Shown: positions 52,501 through 60,404 of the stretch, piece after piece
Layout: every line of letters starts with the position of its first letter
Numbering within the stretch: the stretch's first letter is position 1
Source of the DNA: an uncultured bacterium
Lineage (GTDB): Bacteria; Patescibacteriota; Minisyncoccia; Moranbacterales; UBA2206
NCBI GenBank assembly: GCA_903841185.1
Contig: CAIMIV010000042.1
Coordinates: 11,319-75,318 of the forward strand
Reading direction: 5' to 3'
DNA length: 64,000 nucleotides
The notes under the pieces: generated by a model
What the model saw: only the letters and a program-made list of their open reading frames with translations
The model's database searches: none
What the model was told of the DNA's origin: nothing
Translations under genes and position numbers: made by a program

Positions 52501-55500
52501 CGAGGTTAGATGTTTCGCCAACAGTTATTACCACCACTGACCTGAAGGGGATGAATAGTGGATTGGTCTATAACGGTGGATCTACTATGACGAATTATTA
52601 CGGCCATTACATTGCCACCCCATCCGGAACAGGAATCATTACAAATAAATATGCCTTAGTAACTGAAGCTGGAGCTGGCAACGTTGGCATCGGCACGACG
52701 AGTCCAACAAACATCTTGTCTCTCGGCAACGGGGCAGCGCAAAAATTTTGGATTGAAAACTCAGTCAGTGGAACTGTCGGTCGAGCCTTGACTGTCGCTG
52801 CTGGCGGGACTGTCGCTGGCGGGACTGACATTGCGGGTGGCAATCTGATTTTGCAATCCGGTCTTGGCACGGGCACTGGCGCTAGTGCAATTTCTTTTCA
52901 AACCGGCACAACTCTCACAACCGGCACAACTTTGCAGACAATGTCTACAAAGATGACGATTTTGGGGAATGGGAATGTGGGGATTGGAACGACGAGCCCG
53001 GCAACTTTAGCGCATGTGAATCTTTCATCGGCTGCGGTGGGGACAGCGTTATATTCTTCTAATTCTGCGCTGACCCTTTCTAATCAGGATAATTCCGTGT
53101 CAGCAGATTACGTGGTTGCTGATGGAACTGCTACGCCAGGGTATCGAGGAGTTATAAGAGGTATCAGGGCGCGTGGAACTTTGGCATCTCCCACTGTGCC
53201 AGTATTAAATGATATTGTCTTTTCAGTTTTGGGTGGTATTTATGATGGTGCATCGGTTTTAAATACGGCTGCCGTAGACCTTAAAGTTGATGGTACTGTG
53301 TCTTCTGGTGTAGCTCCGCAGAGAATATCTTTTAGTACAAAGACCGGCGGGAGTGGTGGATTTGTTGAAAGGCTGACAATAAAAAATGACGGACTTATCG
53401 GGATTGGCACGACGAGCCCGGCGAGTTCTTTGAATATTGCATCATCCTTAGTGAGCACTGCTAATTATGGAACTTTGTCGGTGGGATCTTCTCCATGGGA
53501 CGGATCAACTAGTGGTAAGTTTGTTGGAGGCAGTAGTGGCACCCTAATTGCGGTTAATGCTCCTAATGTTGCAGGACTTGGATTGATTGATCTCCAATCA
53601 TTCGGCGTCAGTAGATTCAGAGTGGATTCAACGTCTGGTGTTACGATTGGAAATGCCAGTGCGGGTGCACAAAACGGTACTCACATAAGTGACCTGATGA
53701 TTTACCCTACTAGCGCTATCAATCTGACGGCCGAAGGCAGTCCAAACCTGATTATGAATGCTAATTCGTTTACAATTACTGGTGGGTATGCTACGCAAAG
53801 ATTTAATTTATTTAACCAATCAACTATCACAGCTGTTTCAGCTTTAAACATTTCAACCGAAGCGGATACATTGAATATAGCCGGCGCACCAATTTCCGCT
53901 GGTTCGGCCACGATCGCCAAATCAATTGGACTGCGGATTTCCGCCGGGACCTCGGTCGCCGCGGGGGTGACGAACGCGTACGGTTTGTATGTTGATGCTC
54001 CAACTGGTGCGAGTAATAATTATGCAGCGGTATTTAATACCGGCAATGTGGGGATTGGGACGACGAGTCCCGGATATAAATTATCAGTGGCGACACCAGG
54101 AGTGACGGCTTCACAGATGCAGATTAATTCAGCCAATCCGGCGGATGATACGGGGATGTATCTGACTTCAGCAGCGTCTGGCAATGGATTTGTTTCGGCA
54201 GGGGCTGCTTATAATGGCAGCGCTTGGGTCGCGAAGTCTGCGACCGCTTGGTCATTTGGTGGCGGAGCGTCTGGTATCAGTTGGTCTTATGATACTGGAT
54301 TAACTGCAGGCAATACTTTTACACAATCGACACGATTGAAAATTGGCACGACAGGACTGATTAGTATAGGGACTGGCAATTTATTAGCTGGGCTGGACGT
54401 TCAAAATAGCATTACTGCTACTTCGGCAGTGGCTTATGGAACAAGGCTTCAGCAAACATTAACCGCGGCGGCTAACAATGATGCGCTTGATGCCGTTTAT
54501 ATTAATCCAACTTTTACAGATGGGGCGAATACAGGCGTGACACATAACGGATTAATCGTAGTAAGTGGCAATGTCGGTATCGGGACAACGACGCCGGCCT
54601 ATACACTGGATGTCAAAGCCGCCGGCACTGGCGTCATTGCTCGCTTCAATAATAATAACAGCACCGGATGCACAGTTGCTGATGGCGGAACGATCACTTG
54701 CACTTCCGATGTCAGGCTAAAAAAGAACATCAATGATTTGAATTATGGATTGAACGAAATCATGTCTTTGCGTCCGGTTGACTATAATTGGAGATATCAA
54801 AATGACAATGGCCAAAAATATCTAGGTTTCATCGCTCAAGAAGTGGAACAACTGTTGCCACAGTTAATTATGACAGACGCTAACGGCTACAAAGAACTTA
54901 ACACAATCGGGCTTATTCCAATCCTGACTAAATCCGTGCAAGAGCAGCAGACTGAAATTGGTGTGCAGACGCAATCAATTGCGTCTCTACAGATCAAGAC
55001 TGATAGCAACATCACCACTCTGACGGATCTGCAAAAATCAGTTGACACGCAATTGAATGTGGTGGGCAAGAGTTTGAATGTGATTAACACGCAGATCAGC
55101 GCCCAGGCGCAATCGATTGCGTCGCTGCAAGGCAAATTGGATGATCAGGAAACGAGATTGAAAGATCAAGAAGCTTTGTCAATTACTTTGCAAGCACAAA
55201 TTGCCAAATTGCAAGAACTGGTTAATCCGGATGCACTGGCATTGCTAAGCAGCAAACTGGATGCTATCTCAGAATTTATTACGATTTCTGACGGAAAATT
55301 TGATTTACTGCAAGGCACATTGAAAGCTAGTGGTGTGGAGACGGGCAAATTGGTGATTTCTGTTTCTGCGGGATCTGAAAACAACACTATCGGTGAAGCG
55401 GTTATTTGTCCGGCCGGTAAAAAAATAGACTCGACTATCCTCGCGGGAGGGACTGATTATAACAAATGTATTCTGGATGACGCAAGTTCTGATGGCAAGA

Positions 55501-55682
55501 GCGTGAAGGTGAAAGCTAGCGCGGTGACCAAGGATTCCAAAGTTTTCGTAACAGCTAAGACTGTTTCCGATAAGCCTTTGGCTGTTTCTGTGATTGAAGA
55601 CGGCAAGGGCTTTACAGTGGAAACCAAAACAGTAGTCAGTGAAGATCTGAAATTTGACTGGTGGATCGTAGGTGCAAAATAA
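46584..55682 (+). CDS. Giant membrane-anchored fibre/adhesin-like protein with GNVGIGT repeats and a peptidase S74 chaperone domain
   Basis: N-terminal TMs; three ~105-aa repeats; at least 10 GNVGIGT-like units; TSDVRLKKNI..LRPVDYNW..GFIAQEV; coiled coil. Confidence 0.85.
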   Translation: MSQAEESCSIFEKYKLHKNYFLLFVVFCVFALLKYLSRYESLSNFVMGAIAVSPFILTTAFLTWVYLKDRKNHVLYKLMMKQDVFLKLAFKLTLSVLVILVVLFPGDWKPLLNFFDVVRRSFSLEMYFLIASYLAAFILAGELISFFVRLYQISVGTYHHKIYHVFKKTLYSTFFVFFLLLLFSVLTYPQAFYPITDAVSDVMFTVSQGTVALSKLSGGELQSNTSLLNLAKNAFSKTSSNLVRKMDTTQSDLAKSVALSRDALVQSVADTSKNLTESTNGKVSSDGGKISGAVVLSGKGSDLTVEGTTITKDILPDASLSYNLGSAGKTWNTVYAHRLIGASPVFIGTGSSAQGLTNDGDLVVSSDLEVRGKIYATQIIGPVSNTNKFEGGIITSSIVPDGSNINLGSASNHFSTVYANSLVGVPLNFLPLIGGTLSGNLNLGNHSFTTFNSVLVDNLNADLLDGSQASAFAMLNGRSGGQTITGDTAAGGNLTLSSTNNAAKGKIVFGNSAYDEKSNRLGIGTNTPGALLHLNNATAGQKSLIIQGAQNQSANLVEIYGYDSGGIPNGQTFDNAPVFDDAHTFDNAPSLINLTFDNNPSSLSAIANYNSSSAYSAYNNSHSLKIYAYKIINGIKIFNPTPIVTALNDDNSGRTYTISWSWSPATDADGYRIFKSISDGSANFDKFTDVVGTSFYDTGATDFSQDGTFDGRTSLAYAVNYNTGSSYAANGSQHQLVVYAYELHNGVKIFNNAPLHIIPQIDSSGRNFSLDYSWTAASGADGYRVFDYDSSAGIYVSRYADITTTNFHDAGQNDFTSSGTFNGSTSYTDGHVVNYGSGSSYVANGQEHGVRVYAYKEYAGTKIFNPDYAQAQFTDNNSGQHYTIDWSWTAAAGATGYRVFDFDSGNSINFDKYSDVTNSNFQDASPGSFTHTGTFDGMTEYTGSMMASISKDGIIDAAGFSINGVALSVSGWGNIGGNLADQTDLVSALGAKLSLTGGTMSGILNLPSNGLIVGTTQIVALNGAVGIGTATPSASYQLTVNGDVNVTNGLLRFSGTQIGLNNLKNVAVGSPAVNQVLAFNGTNWVNTTLSSVSAGNVVSFYLQTQAGDISPFKQLQATPGAGSEVDVHATVSNNLSSPTLLEEYISSAAGLGGNQIDGGEWEFDTFGFVSDASGDSEIQIDVFTRATNGTETYLFTANTGSITGTTADAQAMAVNSTQSAFSIAPSDRLVVKYSAKTDLLSGTTIHLLHNGQDHYSHFHTPMLTRHNDMAGLQGGTNQQYYHLTSSEYTGTGTGTFVRQSSPAFTGTTTGITATMVGLGNVPNLAFSGSNTGDNAVNSLYSGLITNATHTGDATGASALTVVGINGTQLSALATGILKNTTTTGVPSIAVAGDFPTLNQNTSGTAAGLSAILVSTSGGSGINNSGTLTWGTGGTLGTNAFTSTAYAPLASPTFTGDINFPGSGVWNSSGNVGIGTISPNALLDINHIGAIAIPGFNIAATDANNAYQLKILGHTGGVSHTQIVTDNSNSRLTVMAGAQNDFAPRMFFIGAQDATTSLRGWGTFDYGSNLYDLDTAEFQVRQVSTGGFTTMFRSVGKAGSLFPSGTVGIGSSVISVAKFSVENTGTTDSFLVNDEASDTTPFVINTDGNVGIGRTSPGYKLDISTPGNSDAQLHINSSNPYSDTGGYISSGAAANLGLAGGTALSGGAWKVKTTTGASLINLGSGAMTFYTNDTSAATPGDILSLSARMKITNTGNVGIGATSPLYKFDVSNDGVAKSLLHFSQSGTDVGGWLTSVGDGNFYMSSGMEYDAGAGGWIQKSSNGVGNIIGGDSPGLSFYTTSGTAVGSVATLAVRMRIDTSGNVGIGTTAPSTNFEVYSPTVTNGIVIPLRVNGRIGNTSGQDGVGMDFNGIWDSSGSAFTLGRIVGREYGGYKGGLSFLVNNNGATAPNSAVMSEAMRMDNVGNVGIGTSSPVARLDVSPTVITTTDLKGMNSGLVYNGGSTMTNYYGHYIATPSGTGIITNKYALVTEAGAGNVGIGTTSPTNILSLGNGAAQKFWIENSVSGTVGRALTVAAGGTVAGGTDIAGGNLILQSGLGTGTGASAISFQTGTTLTTGTTLQTMSTKMTILGNGNVGIGTTSPATLAHVNLSSAAVGTALYSSNSALTLSNQDNSVSADYVVADGTATPGYRGVIRGIRARGTLASPTVPVLNDIVFSVLGGIYDGASVLNTAAVDLKVDGTVSSGVAPQRISFSTKTGGSGGFVERLTIKNDGLIGIGTTSPASSLNIASSLVSTANYGTLSVGSSPWDGSTSGKFVGGSSGTLIAVNAPNVAGLGLIDLQSFGVSRFRVDSTSGVTIGNASAGAQNGTHISDLMIYPTSAINLTAEGSPNLIMNANSFTITGGYATQRFNLFNQSTITAVSALNISTEADTLNIAGAPISAGSATIAKSIGLRISAGTSVAAGVTNAYGLYVDAPTGASNNYAAVFNTGNVGIGTTSPGYKLSVATPGVTASQMQINSANPADDTGMYLTSAASGNGFVSAGAAYNGSAWVAKSATAWSFGGGASGISWSYDTGLTAGNTFTQSTRLKIGTTGLISIGTGNLLAGLDVQNSITATSAVAYGTRLQQTLTAAANNDALDAVYINPTFTDGANTGVTHNGLIVVSGNVGIGTTTPAYTLDVKAAGTGVIARFNNNNSTGCTVADGGTITCTSDVRLKKNINDLNYGLNEIMSLRPVDYNWRYQNDNGQKYLGFIAQEVEQLLPQLIMTDANGYKELNTIGLIPILTKSVQEQQTEIGVQTQSIASLQIKTDSNITTLTDLQKSVDTQLNVVGKSLNVINTQISAQAQSIASLQGKLDDQETRLKDQEALSITLQAQIAKLQELVNPDALALLSSKLDAISEFITISDGKFDLLQGTLKASGVETGKLVISVSAGSENNTIGEAVICPAGKKIDSTILAGGTDYNKCILDDASSDGKSVKVKASAVTKDSKVFVTAKTVSDKPLAVSVIEDGKGFTVETKTVVSEDLKFDWWIVGAK

Positions 55683-55861
55683 TAAGCATATTTTGCCTTA
55701 GAGCCGAAAAAGTTTGACCCGGTTGCGTCTTTGCCCTATACTATAAAGGCTATTCCAGAAGATCTTTTGGAGACTGAATTTGGCAGGGACTATAGACAAA
55801 TTTTTTATATCTGTTATAATAAATTACAGTTTTTAGAAAGCAGAATTAGGGTAAAAATTAT

Positions 55862-55935
55862 GGGCCCTTAGCTCAGTTGGCTAGAGCGCCTCGTTTGCAC
55901 CGAGGAGGTCGGGAGTTCGAATCCCCCAGGGTCCA
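55862..55935 (+). tRNA. tRNA-Ala(TGC)
   Basis: Cloverleaf; anticodon arm cctcg-tttgcac-cgagg; G3:U70 pair; CCA not encoded. Confidence 0.95.
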
Positions 55936-56065
55936 CACTTCGACTCATCTTGATTTACATCAAGATTCGCTCAGTGTAAACACCAGCCAATGAATATTCA
56001 TTGAGCTTGAGAAACAACACTGAGTCGAAGTACCATGAGCTTGTCGAATGGCAAGCGTAGTAACT

Positions 56066-56341
56066 ATGGAAATTATTGAAAAAGAGGGTCTCTGGTATGT
56101 TTATATAGCCAGAGCAAGAACAAATAAATACTACGTAGGAATCAGCAATAATGTTGAAAAAAGAATAGACAAGCACAATAGTGGGAACGGTTCCAATATG
56201 GCAAAGCAACAAGGACCATTTTGCTTGGTTTATAAATCTGGGTCATTTATAAACAAATCAGAAGCAAGAAAGAGAGAGGCTCAAATAAAAAAATGGAGTA
56301 GAGTTAAAAAAGAGAATCTCTTGAATGGAGAGTGGAAATAA
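56066..56341 (+). CDS. Small GIY-YIG nuclease
   Basis: WYVYI..KYYVGISNNVEKRIDKHNSG..ARKREAQIKKW; alternative start at 56048. Confidence 0.9.
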   Translation: MEIIEKEGLWYVYIARARTNKYYVGISNNVEKRIDKHNSGNGSNMAKQQGPFCLVYKSGSFINKSEARKREAQIKKWSRVKKENLLNGEWK

Positions 56342-56349
56342 AATAGCAC

Positions 56350-56431
56350 GGGCGTATAGCTCAGTTTCCGCCGGTAGGCGGACCAGCCTATGGCTGGGGT
56401 CGAAAAATGACGAGGCCTCTGGTTCGAGTCC
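56350..56431 (+). pseudogene. Scrambled partial duplicate of tRNA-Ile
   Basis: 5' 17 nt and aatgacgaggcctctggttcgagtcc match the tRNA at 56461; middle replaced by two mini-hairpins; no acceptor 3' strand. Confidence 0.8.
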
Positions 56432-56460
56432 GAGAAAAGCAGTTCACAATATAAAATGTA

Positions 56461-56534
56461 GGGCGTATAGCTCAGTTGGTTAGAGCGCGTCACTGATAAT
56501 GACGAGGCCTCTGGTTCGAGTCCAGATATGCCCA
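56461..56534 (+). tRNA. tRNA-Ile(GAT)
   Basis: Cloverleaf; anticodon arm cgtca-ctgataa-tgacg. Confidence 0.95.
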
Positions 56535-56661
56535 CCTATGTTTTTTGTTTATGTTGACAACATTATTTTTATAGTATACACTTATATATAGAAAAGCCTT
56601 CAGGGGCTTTTTAAAAAACCGTAAAAACGCTTTTAAGTAAAAAAGGCTTAAATAAAAGAAA

Positions 56662-56847
56662 ATGTCTAATATAACAATGTTTTTGAAAGAGGCTAAATCG
56701 GAATTGCTAAAGGTTAATTGGCCCAGCAAAAACCAAATCATTAATTATACTATTTTGGTCATCGGCATCAGCATTGCCGGCGCTATCTTTTTGGGAAGTT
56801 TAGATTTTGGATTTAGTTATTTATTAAAAACATTTATCATTAAATAA
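56662..56847 (+). CDS. secE: Preprotein translocase subunit SecE
   Basis: ELLKVNWPSK plus one TM; upstream of nusG. Confidence 0.92.
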   Translation: MSNITMFLKEAKSELLKVNWPSKNQIINYTILVIGISIAGAIFLGSLDFGFSYLLKTFIIK

Positions 56848-56852
56848 ATGCT

Positions 56853-57010
56853 GGCATCCCGCAACGAATTCCATAATAGTTTTGTGTTATGGAAAAATTT
56901 GTTTGCAGATTCGCCTGCGGCTACACTAAATTATAAAAATTAAAGATTAATTAGCGAATTCGTGCGGGACGCTCATATTTGTAGCTGCTCGTACCTCGCA
57001 AACAAATATG
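56853..57010 (+). ncRNA. Structured ~160-nt intergenic element, copy B (before nusG)
   Basis: Closely similar to 57567-57725; final hairpin catatttgt..acaaatATG. Confidence 0.7.
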
Positions 57011-57553
57011 GCGAAACAAACCCAACATCACGGAAGAGCGTGGTATGTGATTCATACCTACAGTGGCTATGAAGACAATGTGGCGCGCAACCTGAAACAA
57101 AGAATCGAATCGATGGATATGCAGGATTTGATTTTTGATGTCATGGTTCCGATTGAAAAGAAAATCAAGATCAAAGCGGGCAAGCGCACGGTGATTGAAG
57201 AGAAGATCTATCCCGGCTATGTGCTAGTGGAGATGATTGTCACCGATGCTTCCTGGTACGTGGTGCGAAACACGCCGAACGTCACTGGATTTATCGGACT
57301 CGGTACTACTCCAACCCCGGTGGATACAGCTGAAATTGAGATGTTGAAGAAACGCATGGGTGTGTCTGAACCGAAATATAAGATTGACGTGGCCGTGGGC
57401 GATTCCATCAAAGTGGTGGATGGACCCTTCAAGGATTTTGATGCCAAGGTGGATGAGGTGGATGAGGCTAAGGGCAGAGTGAAAGTTCTGGTGTCTATCT
57501 TCGGTAGAGAAACCCCGGTGGAACTAGACTTTTTACAGATACATAAATTATAA
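57008..57553 (+). CDS. nusG: Transcription factor NusG
   Basis: WYVIHTYSGYE, YPGYVLVEM, KOW DGPF, IFGRETPVEL. Confidence 0.97.
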   Translation: MAKQTQHHGRAWYVIHTYSGYEDNVARNLKQRIESMDMQDLIFDVMVPIEKKIKIKAGKRTVIEEKIYPGYVLVEMIVTDASWYVVRNTPNVTGFIGLGTTPTPVDTAEIEMLKKRMGVSEPKYKIDVAVGDSIKVVDGPFKDFDAKVDEVDEAKGRVKVLVSIFGRETPVELDFLQIHKL

Positions 57554-57566
57554 GAAATGTAGGTGT

Positions 57567-57725
57567 GGCGTCCCGCAAAGAATTCCAAAATAGCTTCTAT
57601 ATTGTGGATAAATTTGTTTGCGAATTCGCCTTACGGCTACGTGCAGTTTTAACTAAAAAAATTAATTAGCGAATTCGTGCGGGATGCTCATATTTGTAGC
57701 TACTCGTACCTCGCAGACAAATATG
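57567..57725 (+). ncRNA. Structured ~160-nt intergenic element, copy C (before rplK)
   Basis: Same motifs and pairings as copies A and B. Confidence 0.7.
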
Positions 57726-58148
57726 GCAAAAAAGATTAAAACAGTTATTAAGTTACAAATCGGAGCCGGGAAAGCAAATCCAGCGCCTCCAGTTGGTCCG
57801 GCTTTGGGTCAACATGGTTTGAATATTCAAGAATTTTGCACCAAATTTAATGAAGCTACCAAGGCTCAAATGGGAGACATTATCCCGGCAGAAATCACAG
57901 TCTATGAGGATCGCACTTTCTCATTTGTCCTAAAAACTTCTCCGGCTTCTGACTTGTTGCGCAAAGCAGCTGGCGTACCGAAAGGAGCTGGCAACCCATT
58001 GAAAGATAAGGTAGGGAAAATCAGTGAAGCGCAACTGCGAGAAATTGCCGAAAAGAAGTTGACTGATTTGAACGCCAATGATGTAGAAGCCGCCATGAAG
58101 ATCATTGCTGGCACAGCGAGATCTATGGGAATCAAAATCGAAGGATAG
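57723..58148 (+). CDS. rplK: 50S ribosomal protein L11
   Basis: [22 protein letters not shown]; ATG at 57723. Confidence 0.97.
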   Translation: MAKKIKTVIKLQIGAGKANPAPPVGPALGQHGLNIQEFCTKFNEATKAQMGDIIPAEITVYEDRTFSFVLKTSPASDLLRKAAGVPKGAGNPLKDKVGKISEAQLREIAEKKLTDLNANDVEAAMKIIAGTARSMGIKIEG

Positions 58149-58245
58149 ACCCGATGCGAAACTACGAAACATGCATGAATCTACGAACTGTTCGTAGATT
58201 CGCATTTCATTCGTAGGTTCGAATCGGTTTAATAATTTAATTTAT

Positions 58246-58287
58246 GTGGAAGAAGTTTATACAAGAAAATAACTTCGCTAATACCAC
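58246..58287 (+). promoter_or_regulatory. Probable L1-binding autoregulatory hairpin
   Basis: gtgg-aa-gaagtt...aacttc-gctaata-ccac just before rplA, resembling the L1 mRNA site. Confidence 0.5.
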
Positions 58288-58296
58288 GACAAATAT

Positions 58297-58971
58297 ATGA
58301 GACACGGAAAAAAACATCGTGCAGTAGCCGAGAAAATCGACAAGAACACCATCTATTCCTTGGAAGAAGCGGTGAAGATGATGAAGGAAAACAAGATGGC
58401 TAAATTTGATGAATCAGTGGAGGTGCACATCAAAACTAGCGTGGATCCCAAGAAAGGTGATCAACAAGTTCGTTCTACAGTAGTGTTGCCACATGGCACA
58501 GGCAAGACCAAGATTGTTGCCGTTATCACTTCCACCAGCGTGGAGGAAGCTAAATTGGCCGGAGCTGACATCGTGGGTGGAGAAGAATTAATTGAAAAAT
58601 TTGCTAAAAAAATTGATTTTGACGTCTTAGTAGCTACTCCGGAAATGATGCCCAAGCTGGCGCGCGTGGCGAAAGTGCTGGGGCCAAAGGGTTTGATGCC
58701 AAATCCCAAAACAGAAACCGTGACCACCAAAATCAAGGAAGCAGTGGAAGCTTTGAAAAAAGGACGAGCGGCTTTCAAGAATGATGATTCCGCTAATATC
58801 CATCAAGCTGTGGGAAAACTTTCCTTCGATGATGCAAAAATCATTGAAAATATCAAGGCTTTTGTAGAAGCCGTGGAAAGAGCCAAGCCAGCCGGTTCTA
58901 AAGGAAAACTGATTACCAACATCACTCTTTGCTCTACTATGGGCAATGGCATCCGAGTGAAAATGGCCTAA
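58297..58971 (+). CDS. rplA: 50S ribosomal protein L1
   Basis: KFDESVE, LPHGTGK, LGPKGLMPNPK, STMG. Confidence 0.97.
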   Translation: MRHGKKHRAVAEKIDKNTIYSLEEAVKMMKENKMAKFDESVEVHIKTSVDPKKGDQQVRSTVVLPHGTGKTKIVAVITSTSVEEAKLAGADIVGGEELIEKFAKKIDFDVLVATPEMMPKLARVAKVLGPKGLMPNPKTETVTTKIKEAVEALKKGRAAFKNDDSANIHQAVGKLSFDDAKIIENIKAFVEAVERAKPAGSKGKLITNITLCSTMGNGIRVKMA

Positions 58972-58988
58972 TATTCATATAGCACAAT

Positions 58989-59024
58989 AAAAAACACTGA
59001 TTACTGAAATAATCAGTGTTTTTT
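58989..59024 (+). terminator. Intrinsic terminator after rplA
   Basis: aaaaaacactgatt..aatcagtgtttttt. Confidence 0.75.
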
Positions 59025-59103
59025 CAATTGTTGGTTTGTTGACCTGGCTTAAATTTGTTGCTAAAATAAGATGGTGTTTAATCGGCCTAAAAAATAAATA
59101 GAA

Positions 59104-59664
59104 ATGGAAAAAAGCAATAAGATTGTCATTGGCCTCTTGGGAGAAAGTGGATCCGGCAAAGACACGGTGGCGAAATATCTGCACGAAAAATATGGCGCCA
59201 AGTTGATGCGTTTTGCGGATCCCATCAAAGAGACATTGAATATTTATTTTGAAAAAAGTTCCCGGGAGGATCAGCAATGGCTGGCCTTGGAATTCCGCAA
59301 GCGGTTTGGAGCAGACATTCTGTCACGCGCGCTGGCAAAAAAAATTGCCGATACGGACGGCATTATTGTGATTAATGGGATTCGTTTTTGGGAGGATTAT
59401 GATTTCGTAGAAAGCTTTGGGCATGGAAAAACTCTCTATATCACGGCTGATCAACAGTTGCGCTGGGAAAGAATCACTACGCGCCATGAAAAATCGGATG
59501 ACGTCATGAGCTTGGCACAATTTCAAGAGCTGGAAAGAGGGGAGACAGAAGTGCATATCCCGGAGATCGGGACGAAGGCCGATTGCATCATTTGCAATGA
59601 AAAAGATTTAGCCTTTTTGCTGCAAGAAACGGACGTGTTTATGCGCAGCGTGATGTCTCAATAA
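59104..59664 (+). CDS. P-loop nucleotide/nucleoside monophosphate kinase-like protein
   Basis: GLLGESGSGKDT, INGIRF, R.ER lid motif. Confidence 0.75.
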   Translation: MEKSNKIVIGLLGESGSGKDTVAKYLHEKYGAKLMRFADPIKETLNIYFEKSSREDQQWLALEFRKRFGADILSRALAKKIADTDGIIVINGIRFWEDYDFVESFGHGKTLYITADQQLRWERITTRHEKSDDVMSLAQFQELERGETEVHIPEIGTKADCIICNEKDLAFLLQETDVFMRSVMSQ

Positions 59665-59671
59665 GACCATG

Positions 59672-59699
59672 AAATCCCTCGCTAAAAGAGGGATTTTTT
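59672..59699 (+). terminator. Intrinsic terminator
   Basis: aaatccctc-gctaaaa-gagggatttttt. Confidence 0.7.
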
Positions 59700-59767
59700 G
59701 ACTAAAAAAGCGAAAAAGGGTACGCTTGAAAGACGCAGAAGTGCCGATAAAATTTAAGATAGTCAGA

Positions 59768-60325
59768 ATGAAAAAGCAAACTATTATTGCCGTGTTGGGG
59801 CTTCCCGGATCAGGAAAATCAGTGGTGATAGACTATTTGATAAAAAAGTATGGCTGGCCGAAGATCTATTTCGGTGAGGTGACTTTTGATGAAATGCGCA
59901 GACTGGGTTTGGAGGTTAATGAAAAAAATGAAAGGCGGGTGCGGGAAGGATTGCGCAAAAAATTTGGCGAATTGTGCTATGCCAAGCGAGTGGCAAAAAA
60001 GATTTTGCAATTGGGTTCGGCACCTATCATTTTGTTGGAAAGTATGTACTCTTGGCCGGAATATTTATTTTTGAAAAAGAAATTTGGAGAGCAATTCCAG
60101 ACTATCGCGGTCTATGCTGCGCCGGAAAAAAGATATGCTCGACTGAAGGAGAGAAAGGTGCGTCCGCTGACTCCCCAGGAAGCCCAAAGTCGAGACTATT
60201 CCCAGATTGAGAATCTGTCCCAGGCGGGACCCATCGCCATGGCGGATCAGCTGATAATCAATGAGAGTTCCAAGAGGAGTTTATATAGCCAAATTGACCA
60301 GCTGATCGTGGAAGAAAATAATTAA
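59768..60325 (+). CDS. P-loop kinase (dephospho-CoA/adenylate kinase-like)
   Basis: GLPGSGKS, RYARL..R..RPL, RD..IE, IAMAD..I.NE. Confidence 0.75.
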   Translation: MKKQTIIAVLGLPGSGKSVVIDYLIKKYGWPKIYFGEVTFDEMRRLGLEVNEKNERRVREGLRKKFGELCYAKRVAKKILQLGSAPIILLESMYSWPEYLFLKKKFGEQFQTIAVYAAPEKRYARLKERKVRPLTPQEAQSRDYSQIENLSQAGPIAMADQLIINESSKRSLYSQIDQLIVEENN

Positions 60326-60404
60326 ATATAAGGTTTTTGACTAAGATGGTTAAAAAATAGTATAATGGAATAACTATAAACAGTAAGACTAGAGGCATAA
60401 AAAT

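Noticed and set aside
46584-55682. Prophage tail gene
   Set aside because: No other phage genes; N-terminal TM anchor and chromosomal context.
55862-56534. rRNA operon spacer (Ala and Ile tRNAs)
   Set aside because: No 16S or 23S sequence flanks the tRNAs.
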